Assembly: GCF_018977255.1 (NCBI RefSeq)
Contig: NW_024704772.1
Location: 1,302,001 to 1,366,000, forward strand
Length of the DNA: 64,000 nt
Source: Callorhinchus milii
Taxonomy: Eukaryota
Reading direction: 5' to 3'
Part shown: piece after piece, positions 40,127 through 56,175 of the stretch
How positions within the stretch are numbered: the first letter of the stretch is position 1
How the letters are laid out: every line of letters starts with the position of its first letter
Notes under the pieces: model-generated
What the model saw: only the letters and a program-made list of their open reading frames with translations
Database searches by the model: none
Told to the model about the DNA's origin: nothing
Position numbers and translations under genes: made by a program

Positions 40127-40490
40127 GGAGTGCACGTAGCGTAGTGGTTAGAGCGCTCGCCTCGCAAGCGAGAGGACCTGGGTTCGACTCCCGACTGGGA
40201 AGAAACCTTAGGCAAGTTTTTTTACTCCGCACACACGCTTCTGTTTACCCAGGAGTAAGTAGGAACCCCGGTTGTTAGTCGATTGGCAGATCGCTTTCCG
40301 GGGGCAATAATCCCTCCACACACAACAAAAAAATTAGGTCACGCAATCCGCGACTGTTGGTGGGACACTGCTGTGCACAATTAGCTGCACGTTTCACCCA
40401 CACAATACACAGATAATCCACTTTACAATATATCCTGTGAAGCGCTTTGAGACGTCTCAACGACGTGATAAGGCTCTGTATCAAGTAATA
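40127..40490 (+). mobile_element. Full-length tRNA-derived CORE-type SINE with L2-like tail
   Basis: A box TAGCGTAGTGG, anticodon-like arm CTCGC-CTCGCAA-GCGAG, B box GGTTCGACTCC, CORE-like ttaggcaagttt...tttacccag, tail ctgtgaagcgctttgagacg...gataagg. Confidence 0.85.
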
Positions 40491-43030
40491 ATGGTAATAC
40501 TTGCATTTGATATAGCGCCTTATCACATGTTCTAGTCGTCTCAAAGCCCTTCACAGAATATACTGTAAAGTGAATTGTCTATATTTTGTGGGCGAAATCA
40601 AATATAAGGATTATTATTATTTATTATAACCTGGGCGCGGACCATGCCTGACTCACAATACACTAACCTGTGATTTAAATCTTACACCAGCTTTGGGGGG
40701 AGTGGATATATATAATACCATAATGGTCTCTCCAGCACAGCGCCTGGCTATGTGGTCTGTGCACAAAGATGTTACACAGCAAAGACCATTGCGAGTGCTC
40801 TGAGGGGTTTTAAAGAGAGGGAGAGGGGGTAATACACTGGTTAGCCAATGGGATGGTGTGGTGGGATAATCTACTGACCTTTCCGACTGTGGCCCCTTTG
40901 TCTTGTTCGGTTCCCCCTGCCCCGAACCCATGGGTCAGTGAGTGTGTGTGTGTGATGGTGACCATTCATGTTCTGGGTATTGGGGATGGGGGTGGGGGGG
41001 AAAGGAAATGGCTGTAAATATAGCCTAACTCTCAGTCGCAAGGTTTTTTTTAAAAAAAGAAGAAAAAACGTAAAATAATGAATCTAACTTGCAATTGGTG
41101 CCTTTTTACAAATTGAACAAAAATGAAAGTGAAATATTTTTGTTGCCTTGTTAAAAAAAAAAGTTTCCAATGGTGCGTGGGGATGTGGGGGGGGGGGGAG
41201 AGAGAGAGATTGGAGATCTGAGATTGGGGTTAAAACCAGCCTCACTCACATCCCCCGAGAGAGATTGATGGCTGGAGACTGACTTACAGGTGCTGTCATT
41301 CCTCAGTCTATACTCCCACATTCCATTCCTTGCCTCGGAGATGACATTGCTGGCGTCTTAAGCACTTATCGTCACATCAGCAGGAATCTCTTATGGTAGG
41401 AATGAGAATTCCTCAAGTCTGATCCCCTATAAAGAAAGTGTCCTTCAGTCATCGCACAATAGCGCTTGGTACGTCGTGGCTCTCCAGTAATGTGCGTTTT
41501 AAGCACAAACGTTTCACCTTATCTAAGCTAATTTCTCACGCTGTGCACCTTTGTAAAATGAATGAGTATTTGGACCCGCTTGATTTAGATGCTTGGTTAA
41601 GGAATGGGGGGGGGGGGGTGAATAACGAACGGACTGATGACAATTACTGCAGTATTCTAAGGTGTCATTTCACTACCATGATAAAACAGGATGACTGGTA
41701 AACAGTGAGGAATTTTATATTGGGGTCCGTTTTTTTTCATTTGTGCATTTCAACCCAAAAGTTAATCACTGGAAAGGTTCCCCCTCTGGTTAGTTTGGCT
41801 TAATTTACTTTCTATTTCCCCGTCAGTAACCACGTATGTAGTGGGTAGTTGTCTCTCTGTATTCTAATGTTGCCTTTGGCTGCTAACTCGGATGCCCGAA
41901 TTGTGGATGTATTACGAAACCTTAGTATTTGGGCTACAGGGAAGAATTCCACCCACCTCTCGATTTATCCTCTTTCCATCTGGAGAGATTGATGGAAATT
42001 CCTCAATTCAAATGCTTTTCAGAGAATTTCAGAGCGTCCAAACTTAGCAAATTGCTGAATTAATTCTGGTCTTCAGAAGCCGGCTTGCTGAAGTTTCTCA
42101 AAAGAAAAAACTTGCAGAAAACCTGGCTTCAAAACGAAGATTCTGTTTCAGAAACTACCAAATTGTGCAGGTTATGAAACAATGCATGAGGAGAATAATT
42201 CTGGAGCCGGGTGGAATTTCTGCTCACATTAAAGAAGAAAAGATGCGAATGAAGCTTTTTGCTTTTTTTTAGAAAAGTTTTAGTTTTGCAACATTTTTAT
42301 CTTTTCACCCCTTCAAAAAAACTGAACTATCTTCTGCCTTTGAAGGAAGCAGTGGATGGTTTAAATTTGGAACATTGTACAGACACTTCCTTTGGTGTTT
42401 GAGGTTAAGGAGGGATGGGCGGACGGACTTACTCTTGCTGCTAAGACAGGTAACAACCCCAGTTTGTGGGTAAGCTATCACCCAGAGCTGACACCTCCTG
42501 GTCAGGAGTCGACTAGTGACTACATCTGGGTTAACCCTAGGTTTGCAATAAAGGAAGGGAATTGGGGATTGATTGTGTGGCATATAACTCTATACCAAGC
42601 AGCCCTATAAACACCCCAGGGACTTGCTCTATGGATGTCTTCCCAACATGAAAGGCGCGATATAAATGTAATTTGTTCTTGTTGTTGCTCCCCAGACACG
42701 AGGGATGCTCTGAGACCCACGTTGCAAAATAGAGGACCTTTCCCTGTATTAATGATCTGTAATTTGCAAGCTACTTTCTCCAGCAGGCAGGAAAGGGAGT
42801 AGCGATGGAAGATGTTGACATGAAGATGAGCAATAAGAAAGGAAGCTATTGGGAAAAGAATGTTTTGCAAGTTGACCAGAGAGGTAGCTACCAGACAGAA
42901 AAGAATGACAGGCACCAGGTAAGGACAGATGAGCTGGAGTGGGCAAGGAGGAATTATCAGAGCTACAATTCAGTTGTTGTCAGAGTGTAGATATAACCTA
43001 AAACAAGTTTTTTTTATGATCTGGAGGAGT

Positions 43031-43384
43031 GAAGTCCTGTAGCATATGGGTTAGAGCACTCGCCTCGAAAGCGAGAGGACTCCGGTTCAATTTCCGGGCA
43101 GGGTGAAACCTTAGTCAAGTTTCCTTACTTCACACGCCTTGTTTACCTAGCAGTAAGTAGGAACCCGATTGTTAATCGATTTCCGGGGGTAATAATTCCA
43201 AAAAAAATAATAATTTGGTCACCCAGTCCATGACTGTTTGTAGGACACTGCTGTGTGCAATTGGCTGGCGTCTTTTGCCCACAAAATATACAGTCAATTC
43301 ACTTTACAGTATATTCTGAGAAGCGCTTTGAGATGTCACAACGACGTGATGAGGCGCTATATCAAATGCAAAGATTATTATTAT
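43031..43384 (+). mobile_element. Full-length tRNA/CORE SINE
   Basis: Same head, body and (TTA)n tail as the 40127 copy. Confidence 0.85.
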
Positions 43385-45319
43385 GATGATGATGGGAAAT
43401 TCAACCTTGCGGAATCTTTCTTGTCGTGTATTTCAGTGTTGTCGCTGAGACATGTAAGTGTTTGTTAATGACAGTAAGTGCCTCCGTACAGTCCACAACC
43501 ACTGCTTGTGACGGAACATCTATAAAAAGTTTATTTGGGACGAGGTAGATTTTTTTATATGAAAAAAAGAGACATTTTTATCGTAAATCGTTATAAAGTA
43601 CGAAGAGGATTTTTAAAAGTAATTAACGGTGTGAAAGGACTTACCTGTAGACCGGATCTGATAAGGCACACTCCTTTTGGGGGTGGAACAGTCTGCAACA
43701 TATTTATAGGTAGATTTGAGTAAATGTGTGAATTGTTTCTAAGTGCAATAGCCTATGGCGTGAAGCAGTGTATTACTGAGTAGCTGTCAATGTTCGAGGG
43801 AATGAATGTCTGACAGATGGGATCACTGTTGTTTAAGAGTGGAATCCTGATAAAAGCAGAATCATCTGTGCAAGTTACGCAGATCCATTTCATTCACTTG
43901 CATCAAAGTCACATTGCACATCAAAGTGCTCGATCTGTTACTCCCTCAACCCCACAACCATGTGCAATGCGTGGGATCAGGATTCCACTCAACTCGTTAC
44001 ACAAGTTACACGGTTCTCATGAGTGTTTGCTTCTGGACAAGGATCATGTCCCACCCAAGAGCTTCACAACACACATACGTCAAACAACAACTTTTTTCTG
44101 GTCAAAGGCACGAACTTGGCTTTCTATATACGTTGTGAGAAGTGCTGCCTAATTCTGCTGCTTTGAGCCAGTAGTGTTTTTTTTTATATTTAAAAAACTG
44201 TGTTAAGTGTGGGTACTCGCTTTACAGAGATGTGTGTGAGTGGTACGTGACAGTGGCAGGTGACGTGGTCATATTATATGGTCCTTTGCTTATGGCATTG
44301 CAATCAGTTCTCGAACTGTGCCACTTACTGTTGTATTTGTCATTGTTATTCACAACTTATCATATCACAAAAGTGGACAAAAATTGAGAGAGAAAAAAAG
44401 ACGGCCTTCAGCTCATTTAATCATTCACTTTACGGCGGGCTCAGTCTACACTAACACTAACCAACATATTACTGCTTTAACGTTACTTTTAACCACGAGT
44501 TTTGAGAGAAAAAACTGATCTGTGAACGTTTTCATTTCTTGCACGTGTCGCTGTCTTTTAAATAAAAAATTAGGCAAAGAATCAAATGCAGTATTAAAAA
44601 GATACTGAGCACTGAAACTGGAATGGGCTGTGGAATTATTTGTTCGATGAAAATGCCGGTGGTTTCAAGGCAAAGTGTGAGCAAAAGCCGTGATCTGATC
44701 CATCTGCAAAGTTGGTTCAACATCTCAGCTAAAGGACAATGTCTCCAACGAGGCATTGCTCTCCCCAGCACTGTGCTTTTGATTGGTTTGCAGATGGATT
44801 GTAGAAATCTATCGCTATGCTTAGAAGTATCCAAACCGAGTCCCACTTACACGTGTCACGGATACATGGAAATTACACTTGCACGTTTTGGAATGGAACG
44901 AGACACACGCCATTCTCACTTAAATTGGCTGCCCCCGTTTGGCCCACGCAACCTCCGTTCAGTTCACTTTAAAGCATGCAGCTCTCTGCGAAGCGCTTTG
45001 AGGCGCCTCAGTGACGCGACGGTATAGGCGCTATGTTCTGCGAAGAGCCGTGAGACAGCTCGAGCGACTCGATAGGGTGCCAGTATTATTACCATCCGGA
45101 AGGATTATTACTAAAGCCAAAGGGGCGAAGCCAAGGCTTGAGGGGAAGCCATAGAGAGTGCATTGGGGTACATGCTGGCGTTTAAGCAGCTGAAACTGCA
45201 CAGCTTGCCCATAGAGAGAGAGAGAGGGAGGGAGGGAGGGAGGGAGCACTGTGTTGGCAAGTCAGACAGATGCTCACTGGTACCTCTCTCTCTCAGTGTA
45301 GTGAGCACAGCTGGCTCAC

Positions 45320-45467
45320 GTTGCCTCACTTCCGCCCCGCTCGCTGCCTGACTGATCGCCATGGTGCCCCGCAGTCCGTGTCGTCAGTTCCGGTCCGAGC
45401 CCGTGCCCGAGCGCTGAGGAGACCCCGCGGCGCGGGCTCGCTCTCTTTCCCTCTCGGGCTGCGCGAC
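45320..45467 (+). promoter_or_regulatory. RPS11 promoter with TCT initiator / 5'TOP tract
   Basis: ETS site CACTTCCG (45327-45334) with adjacent GC box; CTCTCTTTCCCTCTC at 45441-45455; YY1-like ACATGGCGG over the start codon. Confidence 0.8.
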
Positions 45468-48685
<3,218 letters not shown>

Positions 48686-48734
48686 ACTCTCAGGTGGAGA
48701 CTGTCTGCCCTGGAGGATATCGCCATCACATCAC

Positions 48735-48740
48735 AATAAA
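48735..48740 (+). terminator. RPS11 polyadenylation signal
   Basis: AATAAA 50 nt after the stop, followed by a GT/T-rich element. Confidence 0.85.
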
Positions 48741-50010
48741 AGGTTTATAAGAAGGTTGAACGGCTTATAATTTGTGTCTCATTGAGTGTGAAACAATCAT
48801 CTTTGGGCTACTTGCTCTTCCAACAAATCCCATTGCATCCCACTTCTCAATCCCTCCTCCTTCCCTATCTTCACATCACATCTGAAGACCTTGCTCTTCA
48901 ACCGTGCCTCTCCATTACTGTTAAGCTTGCTGGGGCGCAACAACAGCAACAACATTCTTGTTGTGCCCCTCGCACGGTGTAGCCTCCCAGAGCGCTTCTA
49001 TGAATGGTGCTGCGGAAATGCAATTTGTTGACGATGCTGTAGGGTTGGAAGGACCCTGACGTTGGGAATGAAGGGAAGAAAGTAGGCTGCTGAGGTCTGA
49101 TTTCTTTGGTCAAGACTTTTAAAGGCAAACCTGTGAAATGTTTGGATGCTGCTGTTGTGATGTTTGAGAGTCATTTGAGCAAATGGTGCTCAGGATTGGG
49201 AAAGGAAGCTCTCTTGTGGCAGAGCAGATGAAGTGCACTCAATGCATATCTTCCCACATCAAATGCCCGTGTCCTCATAGTCACCCGTGGTCCAACAGGG
49301 GTCGCTAGTTAGGACCACAGAGGCCTGAAATTACACCAACTCTCTTAATATTCAAGGCGCACAGTTGTGGAATATTGATTTGAGGGTTTTAATGTAAAAG
49401 CTTTCAAGACCAAACTGAACATTCCAACCACCTAAACTTTAGGATTTCAGGGCCTTGGTGGGTAGATTTTCCTCCCTCACCCACTTCCTGTGGAGGGAGG
49501 ACAGAGCCCTGTAACACCTGAACGCTTCCTCCAGTGCGATCAATGAACTCGCACACTCACTAACTGAGTGTCGTGCAATTGTGTTGTAACTGGAATTGAG
49601 CCTCGTTAAGGATTAGCCTGTGCGGTAAGGACGAGTTTTGCTACCATGAAAAGTAATTCTCCGTGACGATGCCAGCAATGTTTTTATTTTGAGCTGCGTG
49701 AGCAAGTTACATAACATATTGTTAGTTACAACCTTCAGTGGTTTCTGAATTATTATTTTTTTTTGCCAGCAATTTAAACGTTTGCCGTGTTTCGCCCACA
49801 CAATACATAGTCTCCCCAATTTACAACGTTTTCTGTGAAGGCGACAATGCGATAAGGCGTTATGTCCAATGCAAGAATTATTATGATTATTTTGGGGTCC
49901 AATCTTGGCTGGCACATTCCTCTACCATAGGGGTTAGTTTTCAAAGCTCTTGCTGTCAGCAGCTTGGTGGAATTTGCCTGATTGAGTGCCTTTAGGAGAT
50001 GGGAAGAACT

Positions 50011-50016
50011 TTTATT
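50011..50016 (-). terminator. Candidate DHDH polyadenylation signal
   Basis: AATAAA on the minus strand 50 nt after the stop. Confidence 0.6.
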
Positions 50017-50065
50017 CCCAGGAAGTGACCGGCTGGCATCTGTGTGTCCGGAGCTCTTTGCCCGG

Positions 50066-53000
50066 CTACATGTTAGTGCGTTGCTTCCAGGCTGCAGCAC
50101 TGGGCTCCCCCTGCTGTTGGCACAGTTTGGGCCCTGGCACCGTATCCTGTGGGTAAATCACTCCTATTTGCTTGCGGACCTCGTCCATGATGCTTGCGAT
50201 GAGCTCGCTCTCAGCCAGTGGAATCAGGGGGCACTCCTTCAGGCCTGGGGATTCAAACATGAAATGGCATCAGAGAGGCTGGCCACGGAGAGAGATTCGG
50301 TGCAAACGTGCGCATCGGCCGTATATCAAACGCTCTCAGTCACACAGAGTCCCTGAGTCTCGTCCTGTACTTTTGCGTGGCAATGTGTTTACCAGAGAGG
50401 CTGTACCGGTCGTTAATTTCCTCTTCCCCCACCCCCCACACCCCACACCCACCCCGAATTTTTTTTTTAAAAATCAATAAATTAACGGCTCATTTTGGGG
50501 ACGTCGCCGTGTGCAAAATTGGCTGCCGTGTTTGCCCTCGCAAACGCACACAAGTCAGCTTACTGCACCGTAAACTCCCGTGAAGCGCTTTGAGATGTCC
50601 CGACGACTTGACAAGGCACCTCGTTGACACGGTGCGGTTTCTGTGCCGATTGCCGATTCCTGCCCTTGCACCATAACGCGCTTTGCGACCAAAGAAACCT
50701 TCGCAGCTGGGGAGGTTAATAGTTTTCACGAGAGGCAAGTGCAAGGTGTGGTAACGGTGAGACGGGGCGGAAGCTCACCTTTCTGGAGGCACTGACGGAC
50801 CTCCTCGGCCTCGTAGCGCAATCCCATGCTGTGCGGGAAGTTGAGAGGCTGGGAGGGCTCGGGCAGGGGGAACTCTTGCTTCTCTCTGTTCACCACCAGG
50901 CGAGTCGGGCACCACATGTGGTCAGGGATCTTCGGGGATTAACAACACAAAGGAGTAAAACATCACAACAGTGCCAATTTCCCCATCCCCGCACTAACGA
51001 CAACAACAACTTGCAGTTATAGAAGTGCCCCTCGCGCAGGGCAGCGTCCCAGAGCGCTTGAAGATTAAGCAGTTTCCCGCTGCAGGATTTGCTGTGCCTT
51101 TTTCCGTGGAGGTAAATATTGTGAGGGAGGTGATGTGGGAGTTTCCCCCTGTTTCCCCCTGGACCGAGTCTGATGATGTATCTCTGGGCCTCTTATTCGT
51201 TCCTTCCCATCTTTGCATTAATTTCCTACCGGCTGAGGTTTCAGTCTGTCAGAGAGATGGGTCTGTCCCCTGTCTGCCCACTGGCCCACATTACAGCACA
51301 GCTTTACCTTGATGGTGCCCTTGGTCCCTACAATGGTCGCCTCGTTGGTCAGTTGTACGGCCATCGTCACCGTCACAACAGCCATCCTCTTTCCCGAGTA
51401 CTTCAGCACGATCGTCACAGACTCGTCAACACCTAGGCCGGCCGAGAGGAGAGGGTACAAGTGTGACTCACCCAACCTGTGAAGTCCTACCCCCACCCTC
51501 CCTGCCCTCGCTCCATCCCTCCTGATCCCATCCCCCAGCTCGGGTGCAAATCACTGACTGTCCATCAGTGGGAGAGAAAAAAAAACAGCCGTGGTCTCTC
51601 CTTGTGCTCTCCTCTACCAACGCACCTTCGATCATCTTCCTAACTACCCCCATCCTCCCTACCCTCGCTCCACCTCTCCTGATCCCAACCCCCTGCTCGT
51701 GTCCAAATCCCTGACTGTCCGGTGCCTCGGGACAACAACAACAACAAAAATGACATTTGTAAAGCGCCTTTCACATCGGGAAGACGTCCCAAGGTGCTGG
51801 ACAGAGGACAGACAGAGTTATGAACCCGAGTTGGGTGTCGGGGTGGAGGGCGGGGGGGGAGCAGGGAGATCGAAAGATCCTCCCGATGTGAAAAGGGCAC
51901 CGTGTAAATGTCATTTATTGTTGTTGAATATTGTATTCTCCTCCCCTCTCCCCCCCCCGTCCCCCTCCATGATGTTCCAGTTAATCACTCTGTTTTCCAC
52001 AGGGAGTCCCTTGGGAAAGTATTGGCGGTTTCCCACATGTACCTGTGTGGGTCAGGAATCCAGTGGCATCAATGGAGTCTGGTTTTTCTCCCTTGAAAAC
52101 CATACAGACAAACTGTATGCTGTTACAGCCAATGTCTAGGAGCACCCCACCTCCCAGCTCTTTCTGCATCAGACGAGGAGTGTCCATCATGTATATGCCT
52201 TGCTCGACTATAACCATCTTTATATCCCCCAGGACATTCTGCGACAGGAGGCTCCGAATGGTGTTGGAGACTGGAAAGAAACGAGTCCATAATCCCTGGG
52301 GGTGAGGGGGAGAAAGCAGGTCAGTGTGGAGTCCTATAGCCTAGTGGTTAGAGCGCTCGCCTCACAAGCAAGAGGACACGGGGCAAAATCTTAGACAAGT
52401 TCCCTTACTCCACAAACACGCCTCTGTTTACCTAGCAGTATGAAGGAACCTGGTTGTTAGTCGATTGGCGGATCGCTTTCTGAGTATAATATTCCCTCCA
52501 AAAAGATCACTCGATCCACAACTGTTTAAGGGACACTGCTGTGCGCAATTGGTTGCCGCGTTTTGCCCACAAGATACAATCAATCCACTGTACAGTACAT
52601 CCTGACCAGTATCCAGCTGACCTCCATGAGGAACATGTTAGTCTGGCGAGCTGTCCTGACCAGCTCCTGGACCTCGCCCTCGTTCATGGCCAATGGCTTC
52701 TCACACAAGACGTTCTTCCCGGCCTCCATCATGGACAGCGCGACCTCCAGGTGACAGGGGTGAATCGTCCCCACGTAGATGATGTCTGTCAACAAACAGT
52801 TTCTCCTAAATGTCTTTCCCTTCATTTCCCTTCTCTTACCCCCTCCCGCCCCACAACCCACAAGATACACAATCAATTCACTCTACAGTAATAAGAACGA
52901 CAACTTGCATTTATATAGCGCCCCTCACGCAGGGTAGTTTCCCAAAGCACTTTTCCTGTCAAGCTTACTGTACTGGAATACCAGTGGATTACTATAACCC

Positions 53001-54111
53001 AACCACCTGATTTTATTCTCTCTGTCTTCCTCAATCCAGGAAAAAAAATCCTGTTAAGGTGTTAGTCGAGACAGGGGAGCAATGTTGGAAGCAAAGACAT
53101 TGAACCCCAAATCTTCTCCCAAACAGGATTACTGGGTGTAAAATGTGATGTGTGATGTGCTAATTAACACATTATAATTGGACATTAAACATTTCTCTCT
53201 CTCACACTCGTGCGCGCTCACCAGGTTTGGGATCTTGTGCCAGTTCCTCATATGAGCCGTAGGCAGTGGGGATGTTGTGCCGTTTGGCGAAGGCTTTGGC
53301 TCGCGAGAGATCCCGAGATGCCACACAAACCACCTGCGGGAGGGAAAGGAACAATTGTTCAGTTGGTATTGAGAGCTTCTCAACCAGTCTCTCTCTCTGT
53401 CTCTCTCTCTCACTCCGCTCCCCCTCTTTCCTCCCCTCTTCCCTTCCTTACACTCCCCGCCTCCCTACCCTCTCCTCTTTCGTCCCTCCCTCTCATCTCT
53501 CCCTCCCTCTCGTGTTCCCTCCCTCTCACAAATACACACTTTGTGGTAATGAACCGTGAAGCACTTTTGAGACATTTTGACATTAAAGGGCCTATAAAAA
53601 TACAAAGTTCTTCCTAATCACAAACACAGCGGTTTGAGATATCTCAACTACGTGATAAGGCGCGATATCAAATGCAAGGATTATTGTCCTGTTCTGACGA
53701 AGGGTCGTGGACCCAAAACGTTGATTCACTTTCCTTTCTTCATAGACGCTGCCTGACCTGAGTGTTCCCAGTGACTGCTGTTTTTGTTTCAGATTTCCAG
53801 CATCTGCAGAATCTTGCATTTTATGATTATTATTAATATTCTCTCTCTTCCCCTTTTACCCGGGTCTGTTCAAGTGAAGCTTAGAACAGACACTGCGACA
53901 CATAAAGACATCTGTCCTGCCCTAAGCCAGCAAACCCTTCTTTAACTTGGCCTCAATCTCTCCCAAAACAAGTTGCCGTCTGGAGGCGATGTGGCTCTCA
54001 GTAATCCGATGCAGTGATTACCTCATGATCTTCTGATGGCAGAGACCTTAAAGCCACCAAGAAGTCATGGCAGATCCTTCCCACCGAGCAGATGCCCCAT
54101 TTGGTAGCCAT
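50066..54111 (-). CDS. DHDH: Dimeric dihydrodiol / D-xylose dehydrogenase (Gfo/Idh/MocA family), 357 aa
   Basis: Exons (minus) 54022-54111, 53222-53333, 52622-52785, 52043-52295, 51308-51432, 50779-50929, 50066-50244; 1074 nt, in frame. [49 protein letters not shown]. Confidence 0.93.
52328..52600 (+). mobile_element. tRNA/CORE SINE in DHDH intron 3
   Basis: Head ggagtcctatagcctagtggttagagcgctcgcc plus family body. Confidence 0.8.
53691..53823 (+). mobile_element. Penelope-like terminal fragment
   Basis: gttCTGACGAAGGGTCGTGGACCCAAAACGTT (hammerhead G12 changed to A) followed by the family tail tttcagatttccagcatctgcag. Confidence 0.7.
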
Positions 54112-54183
54112 TGTGTAGGAGATGTTTCCGCAGCTCAGAGTCACGGAGATTGCTTCCACAACAGACCTCTGCGGTTCACTGCC

Positions 54184-54190
54184 TTATATA
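54184..54190 (-). promoter_or_regulatory. TATA box of DHDH
   Basis: TATATAA on the minus strand about 75 nt upstream of the ATG. Confidence 0.6.
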
Positions 54191-54624
54191 CAGCAGCTCC
54201 CAGCTCACTGATTGTGCCGCCTCATCATAAATGGGTTAAAGAACAATCCACTGTCAACAGGCAATACTTTCAGAGGGTGATGAGCATTGTTTAAGGTCCA
54301 ATCTGCTCGATCAGCTCAAACGTATTAATCTGTAGGCTTTATTGTGCCACGCTTACTGTCTGGCTTTCTGTTGTTTTTGCTAATTTAGAGCTGGTCATTT
54401 CTGCTGTGCTAAGGTTGAACAATAATCTGGGTCTTAATGGGGCGGAGGAGTTCTCCCCCGGTATCAGGATGACCCTCATGGGAGCAGTGGACAATCAGCG
54501 GGACAATACCAGGAGATGGGGAGCGAGGGAAGGAATGGGATAGAGAAAGGGAGAGGTTGAGGTGTCACTGTACTCAGTTTAAGGTTGTAGTTTAGTTGTG
54601 TTCTGTGGTAAGGGTGATTTAATC

Positions 54625-54785
54625 CTAAAATCTTGCAGCACCGAAAGAGGCCATTCAGCCCATTGTGCCTGCGCTGTCTCCCTACCCGACTGGTCCCACT
54701 CCCACGCTCCTTCCCCTCAGCCCCGCACATTTTTCCCTTTTCGGGTACCTATCCAATGCCCTTTTGAAAGTTATTGTTGAATCTT
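54625..54785 (-). mobile_element. CR1 LINE 3' end fragment
   Basis: gaggccattcagccca...tatccaatgcccttttgaa is typical of the reverse complement of chondrichthyan CR1 3' ends. Confidence 0.55.
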
Positions 54786-55304
54786 CAAAGATGTTTACAA
54801 AGTTAAGTACAACAAATTACTTTTTAGGCTTTGAGACATCCTTCCCCAAGTCGAAAGGGCATCTCAAAGTCACAGTGCAGTGAAGTGACTGTGTATTTGT
54901 AGATGAATGTGGCAGCACAATCGTCCACAGCGATGTCCTGCAAACAGCTATGGAGTGAGTGGCCAGTTGTATCTGGGGGACTGTGGGTCAGGACACCGGG
55001 AGAGATAAACTCCTATTTTCAAAGAGAGCCATAGGATCTTTAACCTCCACCTGAACAGGACAGAGGGTTTTAACATTGTCACCCGAAGAACGGCACCTCC
55101 AACAATGCCACACAGACCCACCGCAGCGCTGCATTGGAGCATCAGTTTAGACGATGTGTGTACGTAATAACAACAATGCATTTGATCTATCGCCCAGAAA
55201 GATCTCAAAGCCCTGAAAAGCATAGTGACTGCATTTTGTAGTCAATTACGCGCGCAGCGACATTCCCGCAAAGAGCCGTGAAGCGAACAACAGGATTTTT
55301 GTTG

Positions 55305-55915
55305 TGTGTGTATATATATACCTGTATGTGATGTGTGTATATATATACCTGTATGTGATGTGTGTATATATATACACCTGTATGTGATGTGTGTATATAT
55401 ATATCTGTATATGATGTGNNNNNNNNNNNNNNNNNNNNNNNNNNNNNNNNNNNNNNNNNNNNNNNNNNNNNNNNNNNNNNNNNNNNNNNNNNNNNNNNNN
55501 NNNNNNNNNNNNNNNNNNNNNNNNNNNNNNNNNNNNNNNNNNNNNNNNNNNNNNNNNNNNNNNNNNNNNNNNNNNNNNNNNNNNNNNNNNNNNNNNNNNN
55601 NNNNNNNNNNNNNNNNNNNNNNNNNNNNNNNNNNNNNNNNNNNNNNNNNNNNNNNNNNNNNNNNNNNNNNNNNNNNNNNNNNNNNNNNNNNNNNNNNNNN
55701 NNNNNNNNNNNNNNNNNNNNNNNNNNNNNNNNNNNNNNNNNNNNNNNNNNNNNNNNNNNNNNNNNNNNNNNNNNNNNNGTGTGTATGTATACCTGTATGT
55801 GATGTGTGTGTGTGTGTGTGTGTATATATATACCTGTATGTGATGTGTGTGTGTGTGTGTGCACCTCACACACCATATACAAGTGTATAGTATATAGTAT
55901 ATAGTATATATACAC
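55305..55915. repeat. TG/TA-rich minisatellite spanning an assembly gap (N 55419-55778)
   Basis: Unit tatatacctgtatgtgatgtgtg on both sides of the gap. Confidence 0.9.
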
Positions 55916-55931
55916 ACGATTTGGTTATAGC

Positions 55932-56162
55932 AGTTTCGATTCCTGATCTCTGTGTTAATCTCTGAACCGTTGCAGTTTCGCTTTCCCCCAAACCATGACT
56001 TGCGATCGGTGATCTCTGTGCGGCTCTGAGGTTTGAAGGATTAGACCTTCAGTCACTCGGAGACATCGGATGGAGAGTTAAAAGAGCGATTGAGTTCTTC
56101 TTCTCAACTTCGGTTTCTCTCCTCATCTTTGATTACGTGTCGAAAGCTGTTCATATGTGAGG
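55932..56162 (+). promoter_or_regulatory. ISRE/IRF-element cluster and putative non-coding first exon of the sacsin-like gene
   Basis: AGTTTCGCTTTCC (55974-55986) is a full ISRE consensus match; AGTTTCGATTCC (55932-55943); AACTTCGGTTTCT (56106-56118); donor-like tat|gtgagg at 56157. Confidence 0.6.
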
Positions 56163-56175
56163 TTTGAGATCAATC

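Noticed and set aside
40127-40200. tRNA-Ala(CGC)-like cloverleaf (also at 43031, 52328, 59547)
   Set aside because: No proper acceptor stem, and it runs straight into a repeated SINE body, so it is a SINE head.
48760-50000. Expected miR-150 downstream of RPS11, as in mammals
   Set aside because: No TCTCCCAA.CCTTGTACCAG match seen on either strand.
55205-55917. ORFs spanning the N run
   Set aside because: Assembly gap plus minisatellite.
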